Source: Acidobacteriota bacterium
GTDB taxonomy: Bacteria > Acidobacteriota > Vicinamibacteria > Vicinamibacterales > CAVVIG01
Reading direction: 5' to 3'
NCBI GenBank assembly: GCA_003222455.1
Contig: QHWF01000011.1
Location: 1 to 32,641 of the forward strand
DNA: 32,641 nucleotides
Position 1 is the stretch's first letter. Each line of letters starts with the position of its first letter. A program made the position numbers and the translations under genes. This document shows positions 24,179-32,523 of the stretch, piece after piece. The notes beneath the pieces are model-generated. The model was given only the letters and a program-made list of their open reading frames with translations. It searched no databases and was not told where the DNA came from.

Positions 24179-25947
24179 GACGAACCAACCAGGCCCCAAT
24201 CGGCCTCAGAGACCTGAAGCGTACCGCGGCCGATCAGGCCCGAGCCCTCCACCGCGAACTCAAACATGCGGGAGATACAGCAATAGACCTGCTCGTTGAT
24301 GGAATAAAACACGGTTTGCTCGCGATCGTAGTAACCCTCGCTGGAAATCATGATCGTGACGGAGTAGTGGCCATCGGTCAGCATCAGCCGGGGCACTCTG
24401 AGCCGAATCGTGCCGCTGCCCCGTTCCCTCGCACGGAAGCACAGATTTCTGCTGATGAAGCGGCAGACGTCCAGCACGCCTTCGCGATGGATGGCCACGA
24501 CGACCTGCGCCCGTTCGTCCAGCTTCGGGTCGGCGATTCGGTAGCCGATTTCCAGAGTGGCGAGCTCGCCATGACGTAAAAAGAACGCGGCCTGCCCTTC
24601 CGCATCGACAAAGCCCGCTTGGGTCACGCTGATGGCGCCGCTTCCCTGGACGCCGGCCGTGTTCAGGACAACGGCCTCGCTCCGCGACTGAAACGCGGCG
24701 AATGGGACGGACAGCGTCGCGGTAGCCCAGCGCCCGACTTCTGCCGGCAGTGCGCCAAGCCTTGCCGCACGGTCATCGACATGGGCACTCACGACGACGT
24801 CAGCGGCTTCGTCCATCCAGAACTCGATTTCAACCTCGAGAAGGGCGTCACGATCCAGCACCGCCGCCGGCACCGGATAGACGGCGGCCACTTTGTGAAA
24901 AGAACTGCCGTAGTTGAGGAAGGGCCGCGCCGATCGTCCCTGCCAGTCGGTGTTCTCGCCCCACCCCCCGCCCGCGCGTTGCAAATGCGGTTTGTCGGGC
25001 TCGTCAAACGGCGTCACGGCCGGCTCAATCGAGCTTCTGTATTTTTCAATGACAACAGACAACGACCGCAGGTAGAGGGGCGACGGCAGGGGACGATTGT
25101 CTCGACTCTGCAACTCGATGATCATGTGCCGCACGGGAGCAACTTCGATGGGCTCCAGCTGCTTCAACCGTTCCTGCTGCTTCATCCGCAGGCGATTCTC
25201 CTCTTGCAGGCGGATCGAATCTTCGTAGGCTTTCACGACCGATGGTGCAGCCCCATCCATCAGCACGCGACCGCGGTCGATCCAGACGACGCGGTTGCAC
25301 ATCTTGACGGCCGAGTAGATGTCGTGGGTGACCAGCAGCAGCGTCGTACCCTGCCGGTCACACAGATCCCGCATGCGTTGGTAGCTTTTTGATGCGAAGT
25401 ACGCGTCTCCAACGCCCAGAATTTCGTCGAGCACGAGCAGCTCCGGCACAATCGCCGTCGCCGTGGAAAACATCAGTCGTACGCCCATCCCGGAGGAGTA
25501 GGTCTTCACCGGCTGGTCGATGTACTCCTCGAGCTCGGCAAAGTCGACGATCTCCAGGTATTTCGCCTCGGCCTGCCGCCCGACGACACCGAGTTGCGCG
25601 AGATACGCAAAGACATTCTGCCGGCCGGTGAAATCGGGATGAAACCCGGTGCCGATCTGCAACAGGGCGTGCGCGTGGCCCTTCACATCGATCGCGCCCG
25701 ATGACGGCTCAATCACTCGCGTGATCAGCTTGAGCAGCGTGCTCTTCCCGGCGCCGTTGCGGCCGATGATCGCCACCTTCTCGCCGCGGCGAATCTCCAG
25801 GTTGACGCCATCGAGCGCTGCGTGCTCAGTGTAGGCGCCGCGCCGTTTGCCCAGCATCCCGAACATGTCGAGGAAGCGGTAGCCCGGTCCCGCGTACAGC
25901 CGGTACACCTTGCTCAAATCGCGGGCTCGAATCACCGTGTCGTTCAT
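24175..25947 (-). CDS. Wzt/TagH-type polysaccharide-export ABC transporter ATP-binding protein with a ~340-aa C-terminal extension
   Basis: ORF 24175..25947, 590 aa. It has Walker A GRNGAGKST, the signature YSSGMGVRL, Walker B LLVLDE and an H-loop VTHD. The early motif KVYRLY...F.DMFG is typical of Wzt/TagH. A short coiled segment (QEENRLRMKQQERLKQLE) follows, then two beta-rich regions. The last ~150 aa (FLRHGELATLEIGYRI...VVVAIHREGVLDVC...LTDGHYSVTIMISSEG) resemble the Wzt C-terminal glycan-binding sandwich. Confidence 0.88.
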   Translation of the reverse strand: MNDTVIRARDLSKVYRLYAGPGYRFLDMFGMLGKRRGAYTEHAALDGVNLEIRRGEKVAIIGRNGAGKSTLLKLITRVIEPSSGAIDVKGHAHALLQIGTGFHPDFTGRQNVFAYLAQLGVVGRQAEAKYLEIVDFAELEEYIDQPVKTYSSGMGVRLMFSTATAIVPELLVLDEILGVGDAYFASKSYQRMRDLCDRQGTTLLLVTHDIYSAVKMCNRVVWIDRGRVLMDGAAPSVVKAYEDSIRLQEENRLRMKQQERLKQLEPIEVAPVRHMIIELQSRDNRPLPSPLYLRSLSVVIEKYRSSIEPAVTPFDEPDKPHLQRAGGGWGENTDWQGRSARPFLNYGSSFHKVAAVYPVPAAVLDRDALLEVEIEFWMDEAADVVVSAHVDDRAARLGALPAEVGRWATATLSVPFAAFQSRSEAVVLNTAGVQGSGAISVTQAGFVDAEGQAAFFLRHGELATLEIGYRIADPKLDERAQVVVAIHREGVLDVCRFISRNLCFRARERGSGTIRLRVPRLMLTDGHYSVTIMISSEGYYDREQTVFYSINEQVYCCISRMFEFAVEGSGLIGRGTLQVSEADWGLVGSS

Positions 25948-25955
25948 CGCGAGGC

Positions 25956-27608
25956 TTACCGAACCCGATCCGCCGGCGCGTCGAACCAGCCGAGGTGAGT
26001 GATCCGGAAGTCGTTATCTCGCCGGCCAGTCGGCAGGCAATGCGCGACGACCACGGTGTACTCCCCAGTCGTCGGCGGTTGCCATATGATCGTGAAGGGA
26101 CCCGGCACATCGACATTGTCGTAGTGCACCCACTGATTCTGCCGCTGCACGCCGACCGTCACACATCCGCCGATCAGGGCGCCCGTCGCCATCAGCACCT
26201 TGTTTGGTGTACCCGGTCCAGCACGGGAAGGCCGGGTCATGATGACGTACGCGGTCGGCGTGGCTGCCTGGCCTCTGACAGTGAAGACGCCGTTGTCGAC
26301 TTTCACCACGGGATCGATCCACGAGGTTTCCGCCTGGCCCAACGGATGAAACGACGGTCCCTCAAAGCGCGGTAGTGGAGCGAGCGAGACCGCGGCCACC
26401 GCGCGCGCCTGCCCGACGCGTCTCGTGACGAGGTTGTCGCCCAGCTGTCCGTAGAATCCGAATCCCCAGGTCCAGACCGTCCCGTCGGACTGGAGCGCCA
26501 GCATATGTGAATAACCGGACGCGATCGCGACCACGGAGCTGACGCCCACAGCCTTCACGGGCCGGCTGCGCGGCTCCCATGTCCCGTCGTCCAACTGTCC
26601 GTAGAGGTTGTCTCCCCAGGTCCACACCTGTCCGTCGCTCGTCAGGGCGGCTGAATGATCTTCTCCCGCTGCGATCATCGTGACGTTTTGGAGTCGCTCG
26701 ACCGCAGCGGCTGCCGGCTCGTCCGCAGCAGCCGTCGGCGACGGCAGACTGTCCGGCCGTTTGAATCCCGGCGGTTGAAAGGGCGTCATCATCTGACGAT
26801 CGACGCTGCTCATCACGGAAGACCTGCGACCGAGCTGACCGAACGCATTACCGCCCCAGGTCCAGACGGTGCCGCCTCTCACCAACACGAGCGTATGGAA
26901 CTGGCCCGCGGCCACGGCGACCACATCGCGCACCGCTGAAACTTCGACGGGCACAAGTCGAAGTCTCAGGACGGCGTCACCGAGCTGGCCGTGTGTGTTT
27001 TGCCCCCACATCAACACGCGTCCGGTTCGTACGACGGCTGCCGAGTGGTAGAACCCTGCGGCAATCGCGGATACATTCGATACGCCCTGGAGGCGCAGAG
27101 GTCGAAGACTCTCCGTCGTTGTCCCCGAGCCGAGCTGGCCGTAGTGATTGTCGCCCCACGCCCACACGGAGCCATCCGCGCCGAGCGCCATCGAGTGGAT
27201 GTACCCCGCCGCGATCCCCACGATGTGGTCGAGGCCGGCCACACGTGCCGGCACGGTGCGCAACGTGCGGCTGCCGTCGCCAAGCTCGCCCCACAAGTTG
27301 TCTCCCCAAGCCCACACCGTTCCGTCGCTTCGCAACGCGAGCGTGTGGTTGGAGCCAGCGGCGACAGCGGTGACGTCGAAAAGATTCTTCGCCCAGGCGC
27401 GGCCAACGGTTTCGTATCGACTCCTCAGCGCTCCATCTCCGGCTTGTCCGTATAAGCCAGACCCCCAGCTCCACACCGTACCATCGGGTCTGACGACGAC
27501 CGAATGCAGCTCGCCACCAGCCAGAACAGCCGCCGACGCGAACGCGCACGGTAACGCCGCCGCGACAGCGAGCGCGAGCGCGCCGCGCCTGAGCACGAGC
27601 CAGACCAT
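25956..27608 (-). CDS. Secreted seven-bladed RCC1-repeat (beta-propeller) protein with an unassigned ~140-aa C-terminal domain
   Basis: The track ORF 25956..27638 starts at a TTG. I prefer ATG 27608 (MVWLVLRRGALALAVAAALPCAFASAA, a Sec-type signal peptide with AFA-S). Seven repeats have the form H(S/T)xAL..DG.VW.WG.N..GQLGDG. Confidence 0.85.
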   Translation of the reverse strand: MVWLVLRRGALALAVAAALPCAFASAAVLAGGELHSVVVRPDGTVWSWGSGLYGQAGDGALRSRYETVGRAWAKNLFDVTAVAAGSNHTLALRSDGTVWAWGDNLWGELGDGSRTLRTVPARVAGLDHIVGIAAGYIHSMALGADGSVWAWGDNHYGQLGSGTTTESLRPLRLQGVSNVSAIAAGFYHSAAVVRTGRVLMWGQNTHGQLGDAVLRLRLVPVEVSAVRDVVAVAAGQFHTLVLVRGGTVWTWGGNAFGQLGRRSSVMSSVDRQMMTPFQPPGFKRPDSLPSPTAAADEPAAAAVERLQNVTMIAAGEDHSAALTSDGQVWTWGDNLYGQLDDGTWEPRSRPVKAVGVSSVVAIASGYSHMLALQSDGTVWTWGFGFYGQLGDNLVTRRVGQARAVAAVSLAPLPRFEGPSFHPLGQAETSWIDPVVKVDNGVFTVRGQAATPTAYVIMTRPSRAGPGTPNKVLMATGALIGGCVTVGVQRQNQWVHYDNVDVPGPFTIIWQPPTTGEYTVVVAHCLPTGRRDNDFRITHLGWFDAPADRVR

Positions 27609-27622
27609 TGAATGGAAAGAGG

Positions 27623-30580
27623 TCAGATGCCGAGCCAACCGAGATGGGTTATCTGGAAGTCGTTGTCCGGACGATCGTCCGGCAGACAGTGTGCGATGAC
27701 GATGACGTATTCACCTGTCGTCGGCGGGGGCCACCGGAGCGTAAACGGTCCGTGCCGATTGAAATTCTTGTAAAAGATCCATTGGTTGCGCTCCTGGACG
27801 CCAACCGTGACACATCCGTCGTTCAATACGCCCGTCGCGACCAGGACCTGGCGATCCTGGTCCGGACCGGCCCTGGACGGCGACGCCATGATCACGTAGG
27901 CCGTCGGCGATTCAGCCTTGCCCTTGACAAAGAACGAGCCGTCTTTGAATTGCACGATCGGAGCGGCCCAGGCCGTCTCTGCCCGGCCCACGGAGTGAAA
28001 AGAGGGCGCGTCGAAGCGGGGCCCCGGCACGAGCGAGAGCGCGGCGATGGTGCGCGGCCTCGCGACACGTCGCGTCGAGGTATTGTCACCAAGTTGTCCG
28101 TCGCTGCCGAATCCCCACGTGAAGATCGTTCCGTCGGATTTGAGCGCCAGCACATGCGCATGTCCCGACGCGATCGCCGTCACGGATCCCACGAGCGCTG
28201 CTCTCACCGGTCTGCGGCGAACGTCCCAGGTCCCGTCGCCCAGTTGCCCGTAGAGGTTGTCGCCCCACGTCCAGACCTGACCGTCGCCGGTCAGCGCAAC
28301 GGAGTGATCTTCACCCGCCGCAACCATCGTGACTCCGTGGAGACCAGGCACGACGGCCAGAGTCAGCTCGTCTGGATGACCACTCGAGGAGGCCGTCATT
28401 GGATCGCGACCGAGCTGTCCAAACGTGTTGCCGCCGCAGGTCCACACGGTGCCGTCGCTGCGCAGCACGAGCGTATGAAACTGGCCGGCCGCAACGGCCG
28501 CCGCGTCGCCCGCCGGCATGACGTCAACGGGAATCGCGCGCGGCTGACGTAGCCCGTCACCAAGTTGTCCGTGCTTATCGTCCCCCCAGGTCCAGACATG
28601 TCCGGCGCGATCGACCGCGGCCGAGTGAAAAAAGCCGGCGGTAATCGTCGTGGCGGTCGGGAGGCCCTGCACCCGGATTGGTTTGAGACTGACTGACGTC
28701 GCCCCGGATCCGATCTGACCGTAGTGGTTGTCACCCCACGCCCACAGCGAGCCGTCGTTCGCGAGGGCCATCGAGTGAATATACCCGGCGGCGATCGCCA
28801 CGATGTGGCCGAGACCGGGCACCTGCGTGGGAACGTCGCGCGAGGTGCGACTACCGTCGCCAAGCTCACCCCACAAATTGTCTCCCCACGCCCACACGGT
28901 GCCGTCTTTCCTCAGCGCCAGCGTATGGTTCCCGCCAGCCGCAACAGCGATGGCGTCAAACAGATTCTTCGCCGGCGCGCTGTCGGCCGTCGTATGGTCG
29001 GTGACACCGTCTCCGAGCTGTCCCAACGAGGCGGAACCCCAGCTCCAGACCGTCCCGTCCGGTTTCAGCACGACGCTATGCATCTGTCCCGCTGCCATCA
29101 CGGCCGCATCCGACCGGGGCGAGTGAAGAGCGGCCGCCAGGCCGCAAGCAGCCACAACGGCTCTGCGGCGCGTGAGCAGAAGCGCCAGACGCCGAGTGGG
29201 TTCCACGATCCCAATTGCGGCAAAGGCGAAGAGGCAGCCGTACGCCGGGACCGTCTTTCGGAGCTCTACGTAGAACACAAGACTGAACGCGATGAGAAAC
29301 GCGCTCGGGGCGACGGCCAGCACCGCCGCCGTCGCGGCGGCCCTGCGTGTCAGAACCACGCCGATGCCGATGAAGACGAACACGGCGACGACGGGTAACG
29401 CCGCATCGGCGATGCCGAGCCATTTGCGTAGAGTTTCACGCGCCTCCGGGGGGTCGCTCGGCGTGTATATGCCAGAGGCGGAAACCTGCGCGACGCTCAG
29501 CAGCCGAGGCAGTCGCAATTCGACAAGATTCGTAAGGTGTCGAGTGAATCCAGGCGACGGCACAACCGAGTAGAGAATGAAATCGCGAGTCGTTGCCGCT
29601 TGCTGCCCCGCGTTGCAGCCGGTGCAGTTCTCCTCAATCCAGTTCCAGTAGTATTTGTCGTCGAAGCCCAGGCCCCACGGATTGGGCAGCTCGCCGAACG
29701 ATGCGTATGCGAGCTGCCAGAAGCCGCCACGGACAAAGCTGAACTGACCGAACATCCGACTGTTGCGCATCGCCCACGGCGTCAGCACGAGGTACACGAG
29801 CACCTGCGCCGCCAGAAAGTACGGAACGAGCCTGAGAGCACGACCGTCGAGAACCGCGGCCGCGATCGCGGCGGCCGTGACGACGAGCGGCAGCGTGATG
29901 CTGGTGCTGTTCATCGCCGCACCGCAGAACGCAGCGCCGGCGATCAGCAGGGCCGCGCCCCATGGCCGGCCGCCGTCACGCAAGCGATCCCACGCCCCCA
30001 CCGCACCATAGGACGTGGCCAGGAACCAGAAACTATCGGTCGAGGCCGCGACGGTGAGATTGGCCAGGAATGCATGGGCCGGGGAGACGGCATACAGCGC
30101 CGCCCCCACGAGACCAGCGGCCGAAGACCACAACCGCCGGCCGATGCCGAAGACAAAGAGACACCCCGCCGCATCCAGCAGCGCCTGCATCCGCTGGGAA
30201 TACGCGTAACGGAGGTGCCCTCCAAGCCAATAGCTGATCGCGAACCACACCGAGTATCCAGCTGAATGTGCCGATCCGGGATACACGATCACACCGGGCT
30301 TTTCGTCATCAACCGGCAGCAGTTCCTCCAGATCGACCATGGAGGGGCGGTTCTCCTGTGCCCTGGCGGCGCGGTCCACCATGTCTGCATTCGCCACCCA
30401 GCCGCGTCCGGCGAGCAGGTTCCGGCCCATCTCCGCGTCCGCGAGCGTCAAGCCGGCAACCCACGGCGCTCCCGGCCGGTAAGCATGAAGAAGCCACAAC
30501 CGAAAACCTACGGCAACCGCGAAAATCACGGCAAGGCACGCGACCGTCAATTTCGTCAGCGGCTTGAGAGAGGCGCTCAT
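27623..30580 (-). CDS. Fusion protein: ArnT/PMT-like GT-C membrane glycosyltransferase domain (~480 aa) + seven-bladed RCC1 propeller + the same C-terminal domain as the downstream paralogue
   Basis: ORF 27623..30580, 985 aa, with ATG 30580 overlapping the upstream stop (ATGA). After TM1, the first loop carries ADAEMGRNLLAGRGWV, compared with the ArnT-type DE..Y....REML.SGDWV motif. Many helices follow. A signal-peptide-like last helix, RRRAVVAACGLAAALHSPRSDAAV, sits directly before the RCC1 repeats. These repeats are closely similar (roughly two-thirds of positions by eye) to those of the 25956..27608 protein. Confidence 0.8.
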   Translation of the reverse strand: MSASLKPLTKLTVACLAVIFAVAVGFRLWLLHAYRPGAPWVAGLTLADAEMGRNLLAGRGWVANADMVDRAARAQENRPSMVDLEELLPVDDEKPGVIVYPGSAHSAGYSVWFAISYWLGGHLRYAYSQRMQALLDAAGCLFVFGIGRRLWSSAAGLVGAALYAVSPAHAFLANLTVAASTDSFWFLATSYGAVGAWDRLRDGGRPWGAALLIAGAAFCGAAMNSTSITLPLVVTAAAIAAAVLDGRALRLVPYFLAAQVLVYLVLTPWAMRNSRMFGQFSFVRGGFWQLAYASFGELPNPWGLGFDDKYYWNWIEENCTGCNAGQQAATTRDFILYSVVPSPGFTRHLTNLVELRLPRLLSVAQVSASGIYTPSDPPEARETLRKWLGIADAALPVVAVFVFIGIGVVLTRRAAATAAVLAVAPSAFLIAFSLVFYVELRKTVPAYGCLFAFAAIGIVEPTRRLALLLTRRRAVVAACGLAAALHSPRSDAAVMAAGQMHSVVLKPDGTVWSWGSASLGQLGDGVTDHTTADSAPAKNLFDAIAVAAGGNHTLALRKDGTVWAWGDNLWGELGDGSRTSRDVPTQVPGLGHIVAIAAGYIHSMALANDGSLWAWGDNHYGQIGSGATSVSLKPIRVQGLPTATTITAGFFHSAAVDRAGHVWTWGDDKHGQLGDGLRQPRAIPVDVMPAGDAAAVAAGQFHTLVLRSDGTVWTCGGNTFGQLGRDPMTASSSGHPDELTLAVVPGLHGVTMVAAGEDHSVALTGDGQVWTWGDNLYGQLGDGTWDVRRRPVRAALVGSVTAIASGHAHVLALKSDGTIFTWGFGSDGQLGDNTSTRRVARPRTIAALSLVPGPRFDAPSFHSVGRAETAWAAPIVQFKDGSFFVKGKAESPTAYVIMASPSRAGPDQDRQVLVATGVLNDGCVTVGVQERNQWIFYKNFNRHGPFTLRWPPPTTGEYVIVIAHCLPDDRPDNDFQITHLGWLGI

Positions 30581-32523
30581 AGCGGTGTTTCCAGCGGAAT
30601 CCTCAGCCGTTCAAACCAGTCCCGGGTGCGCCAGTCCGCTGGCAGCAGCAGATCCAGCCAGAGCCGCTCGCTCGAGTCCTGGCGCATCGTCGAAACCGAT
30701 TGCACTGTGTCGGCGTCTTGCGCGCTCATCGCCAGACCGTCGAAGACATGCGCGGCGCCATATTGATAGATGGGCATCATCAGCGTTGATGTGCTCCCCG
30801 AGGCCGAGCAGGGCTGGCTGAACGTGTGGTCCCAGACGGCATTCGGCGGCCGATACGTGGCCGTCACGCTGATCGGTCTGCCATCTCGACATCTGAACTT
30901 GGCGACCAGATAGTCGCTTGTCATCTCGTCGGCTTTCCCGCTGGACCGGCGGTCGCGCAGGCTGATCCCCTCGACCCGCAGCATCACTCGGTCGGGTTCA
31001 TGTGCGGCACGAGCCACGTGCCGCTCGTCGAGAAGCATTTGCTCGTAGCACTCCACGAGACGCAACATTCGGTTCTGCTGATAGGCCCTTGCAGAGGCAA
31101 GCGCAGCCACAGCGCACACGCCGATGAGCGACAGACAGAGGACCGCCCGGAAGGCTGGCTTGGCGAAGCGGGCCCAAGCGTCCCCGAACGCGTTCGTGTC
31201 CAGCATCGCCCGACCCGCCAGCAGTATGGCCTGCGTAAAGAAGCCCGCCAGCCACCAGGAAATGAACTCGAGATGAAAGAAATGCCGGCGTTGGAACACG
31301 AGAGAGACGTAGGCAGAGAGAAACACCGCGACAAAGGCGATGAACCATCCCGCTCGCAGATCCCTGGCAAAAACAAGAAAGAGGCCCGCCACAGGGATCA
31401 ACACGCCCAGGCCGCTCAACTGCAACACCCGGATCGTCGCGGCAATGACGCGCAGCACGAGGTCGCCCGGGAATGTCGTCCAGAAGTCCGTGAGAAGACG
31501 CGTCGACACGTCCTGCATCTCGCGGCTGAAGAAATAGACGGTTGCCGTCGTACCAAGCACGCGATGTCCGTAGCTGTTGATGAGGACCGTGATGTGGCTG
31601 TCGTCGAAGACCAGTCCGTAGTCGTAGAGCGGGCTCACGGCGTGCATGGCCTCGGTCGCCCAGTCCTGGCCGCCAAGGACTTGAACAGCAAACAGGCTGC
31701 CTGCGGGCCCGAAGAAATTACGGTAGATCATGGTCCCGCCGCCGATGGCCACGCCGGCAATGACGCAGAGCGTTGCCAACGCCTTCCTGGACGATCCACC
31801 GGGATTCCGCCGGACGAAGATGAGTGTGGTCGCGAGGGCGAGCGGCACGGCGGCCATCACGTCAGTCTTGAATCCGATGCCGAATCCAGCCGCGAGACCC
31901 GATGCCAGCGCCGGCGCCCAGAGGGACTTTCCCTGCGCGTCGCGGCGAACGACGACGCCGCACAACGCCACCGCGGCGAGAATCCACGGCGCCTTCTCGT
32001 ACTCAATCGGCAGGCCCGTTGCCCGGAGCTGCAAAGGCGACCATACAAGTCCCGCCGTGCACGCGAGCGCGATGACCCGCCACATGCCGAGGCGGAACAT
32101 GAGGTAGGCAATCGCGCCGGTCATCGCAAACATCCCCGATTGAAACGTGATGAAGCCGTTGATCGTCGGCCCGACGATCCGAAACCATGAGCTGAGGGCA
32201 CGATGAAAGTACTCTTGACGCTGCCAGGAGATGCCGATTTCGATGAGAGGCATTCCGGCGATGGCGCTGCACGGAAAATACTCCACCTTCTGCGCGAGGA
32301 ACGCCTGCCATTGTGGCAACGCTTTCACCGCGACCGGGTCGGGCACCCAGCCTGGCCGCCCAGTGCAGGGCACCAGGAGATCTTCAATCCACGGAGCGTC
32401 GTGGTAGTAGGGCTGCAGATGGCGGCGCGCGACGCCATAGGCGACCATCGCCACTACCACGGCCAACGCGATGTCGATCGCCAAGGGCGACCGGAGCGCC
32501 CGCCGCACCGCCGAACCGGTCAT
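30577..32523 (-). CDS. Large polytopic membrane protein (648 aa) with a ~170-aa C-terminal soluble region; function unknown
   Basis: The track ORF is 30577..32628. ATG 32523 (MTGSAVRRALRSPLAIDIALAVVVAMVAYGV) has AAGG 6 nt upstream. The upstream 35 codons from GTG 32628 stay open with fairly high GC3, so a longer N-terminus is possible. The layout is TM1, a ~90-aa loop, at least 10 hydrophobic helices, and then a soluble tail. Confidence 0.7.
   Translation of the reverse strand: MTGSAVRRALRSPLAIDIALAVVVAMVAYGVARRHLQPYYHDAPWIEDLLVPCTGRPGWVPDPVAVKALPQWQAFLAQKVEYFPCSAIAGMPLIEIGISWQRQEYFHRALSSWFRIVGPTINGFITFQSGMFAMTGAIAYLMFRLGMWRVIALACTAGLVWSPLQLRATGLPIEYEKAPWILAAVALCGVVVRRDAQGKSLWAPALASGLAAGFGIGFKTDVMAAVPLALATTLIFVRRNPGGSSRKALATLCVIAGVAIGGGTMIYRNFFGPAGSLFAVQVLGGQDWATEAMHAVSPLYDYGLVFDDSHITVLINSYGHRVLGTTATVYFFSREMQDVSTRLLTDFWTTFPGDLVLRVIAATIRVLQLSGLGVLIPVAGLFLVFARDLRAGWFIAFVAVFLSAYVSLVFQRRHFFHLEFISWWLAGFFTQAILLAGRAMLDTNAFGDAWARFAKPAFRAVLCLSLIGVCAVAALASARAYQQNRMLRLVECYEQMLLDERHVARAAHEPDRVMLRVEGISLRDRRSSGKADEMTSDYLVAKFRCRDGRPISVTATYRPPNAVWDHTFSQPCSASGSTSTLMMPIYQYGAAHVFDGLAMSAQDADTVQSVSTMRQDSSERLWLDLLLPADWRTRDWFERLRIPLETPL

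Noticed and set aside
20835-25947. Asparagine-synthase homologue plus ABC ATPase as a possible lasso-peptide (McjC/McjD-like) cluster
   Set aside because: The AsnB homologue keeps the N-terminal Cys glutamine-amidotransferase domain. The ABC protein is a Wzt/TagH-type NBD without a fused membrane domain. No B-type protease or short precursor ORF is evident, and the context is entirely glycan biosynthesis.
25956-30580. RCC1 repeats as a sign of eukaryotic contamination, or of a Ran-GEF-like effector
   Set aside because: The genes share the GC content, strand and overlap-coupling of the surrounding bacterial operon. One has a bacterial Sec signal peptide and the other is fused to a polytopic bacterial-type membrane domain. 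A periplasmic binding role fits better than a cytosolic GEF role.
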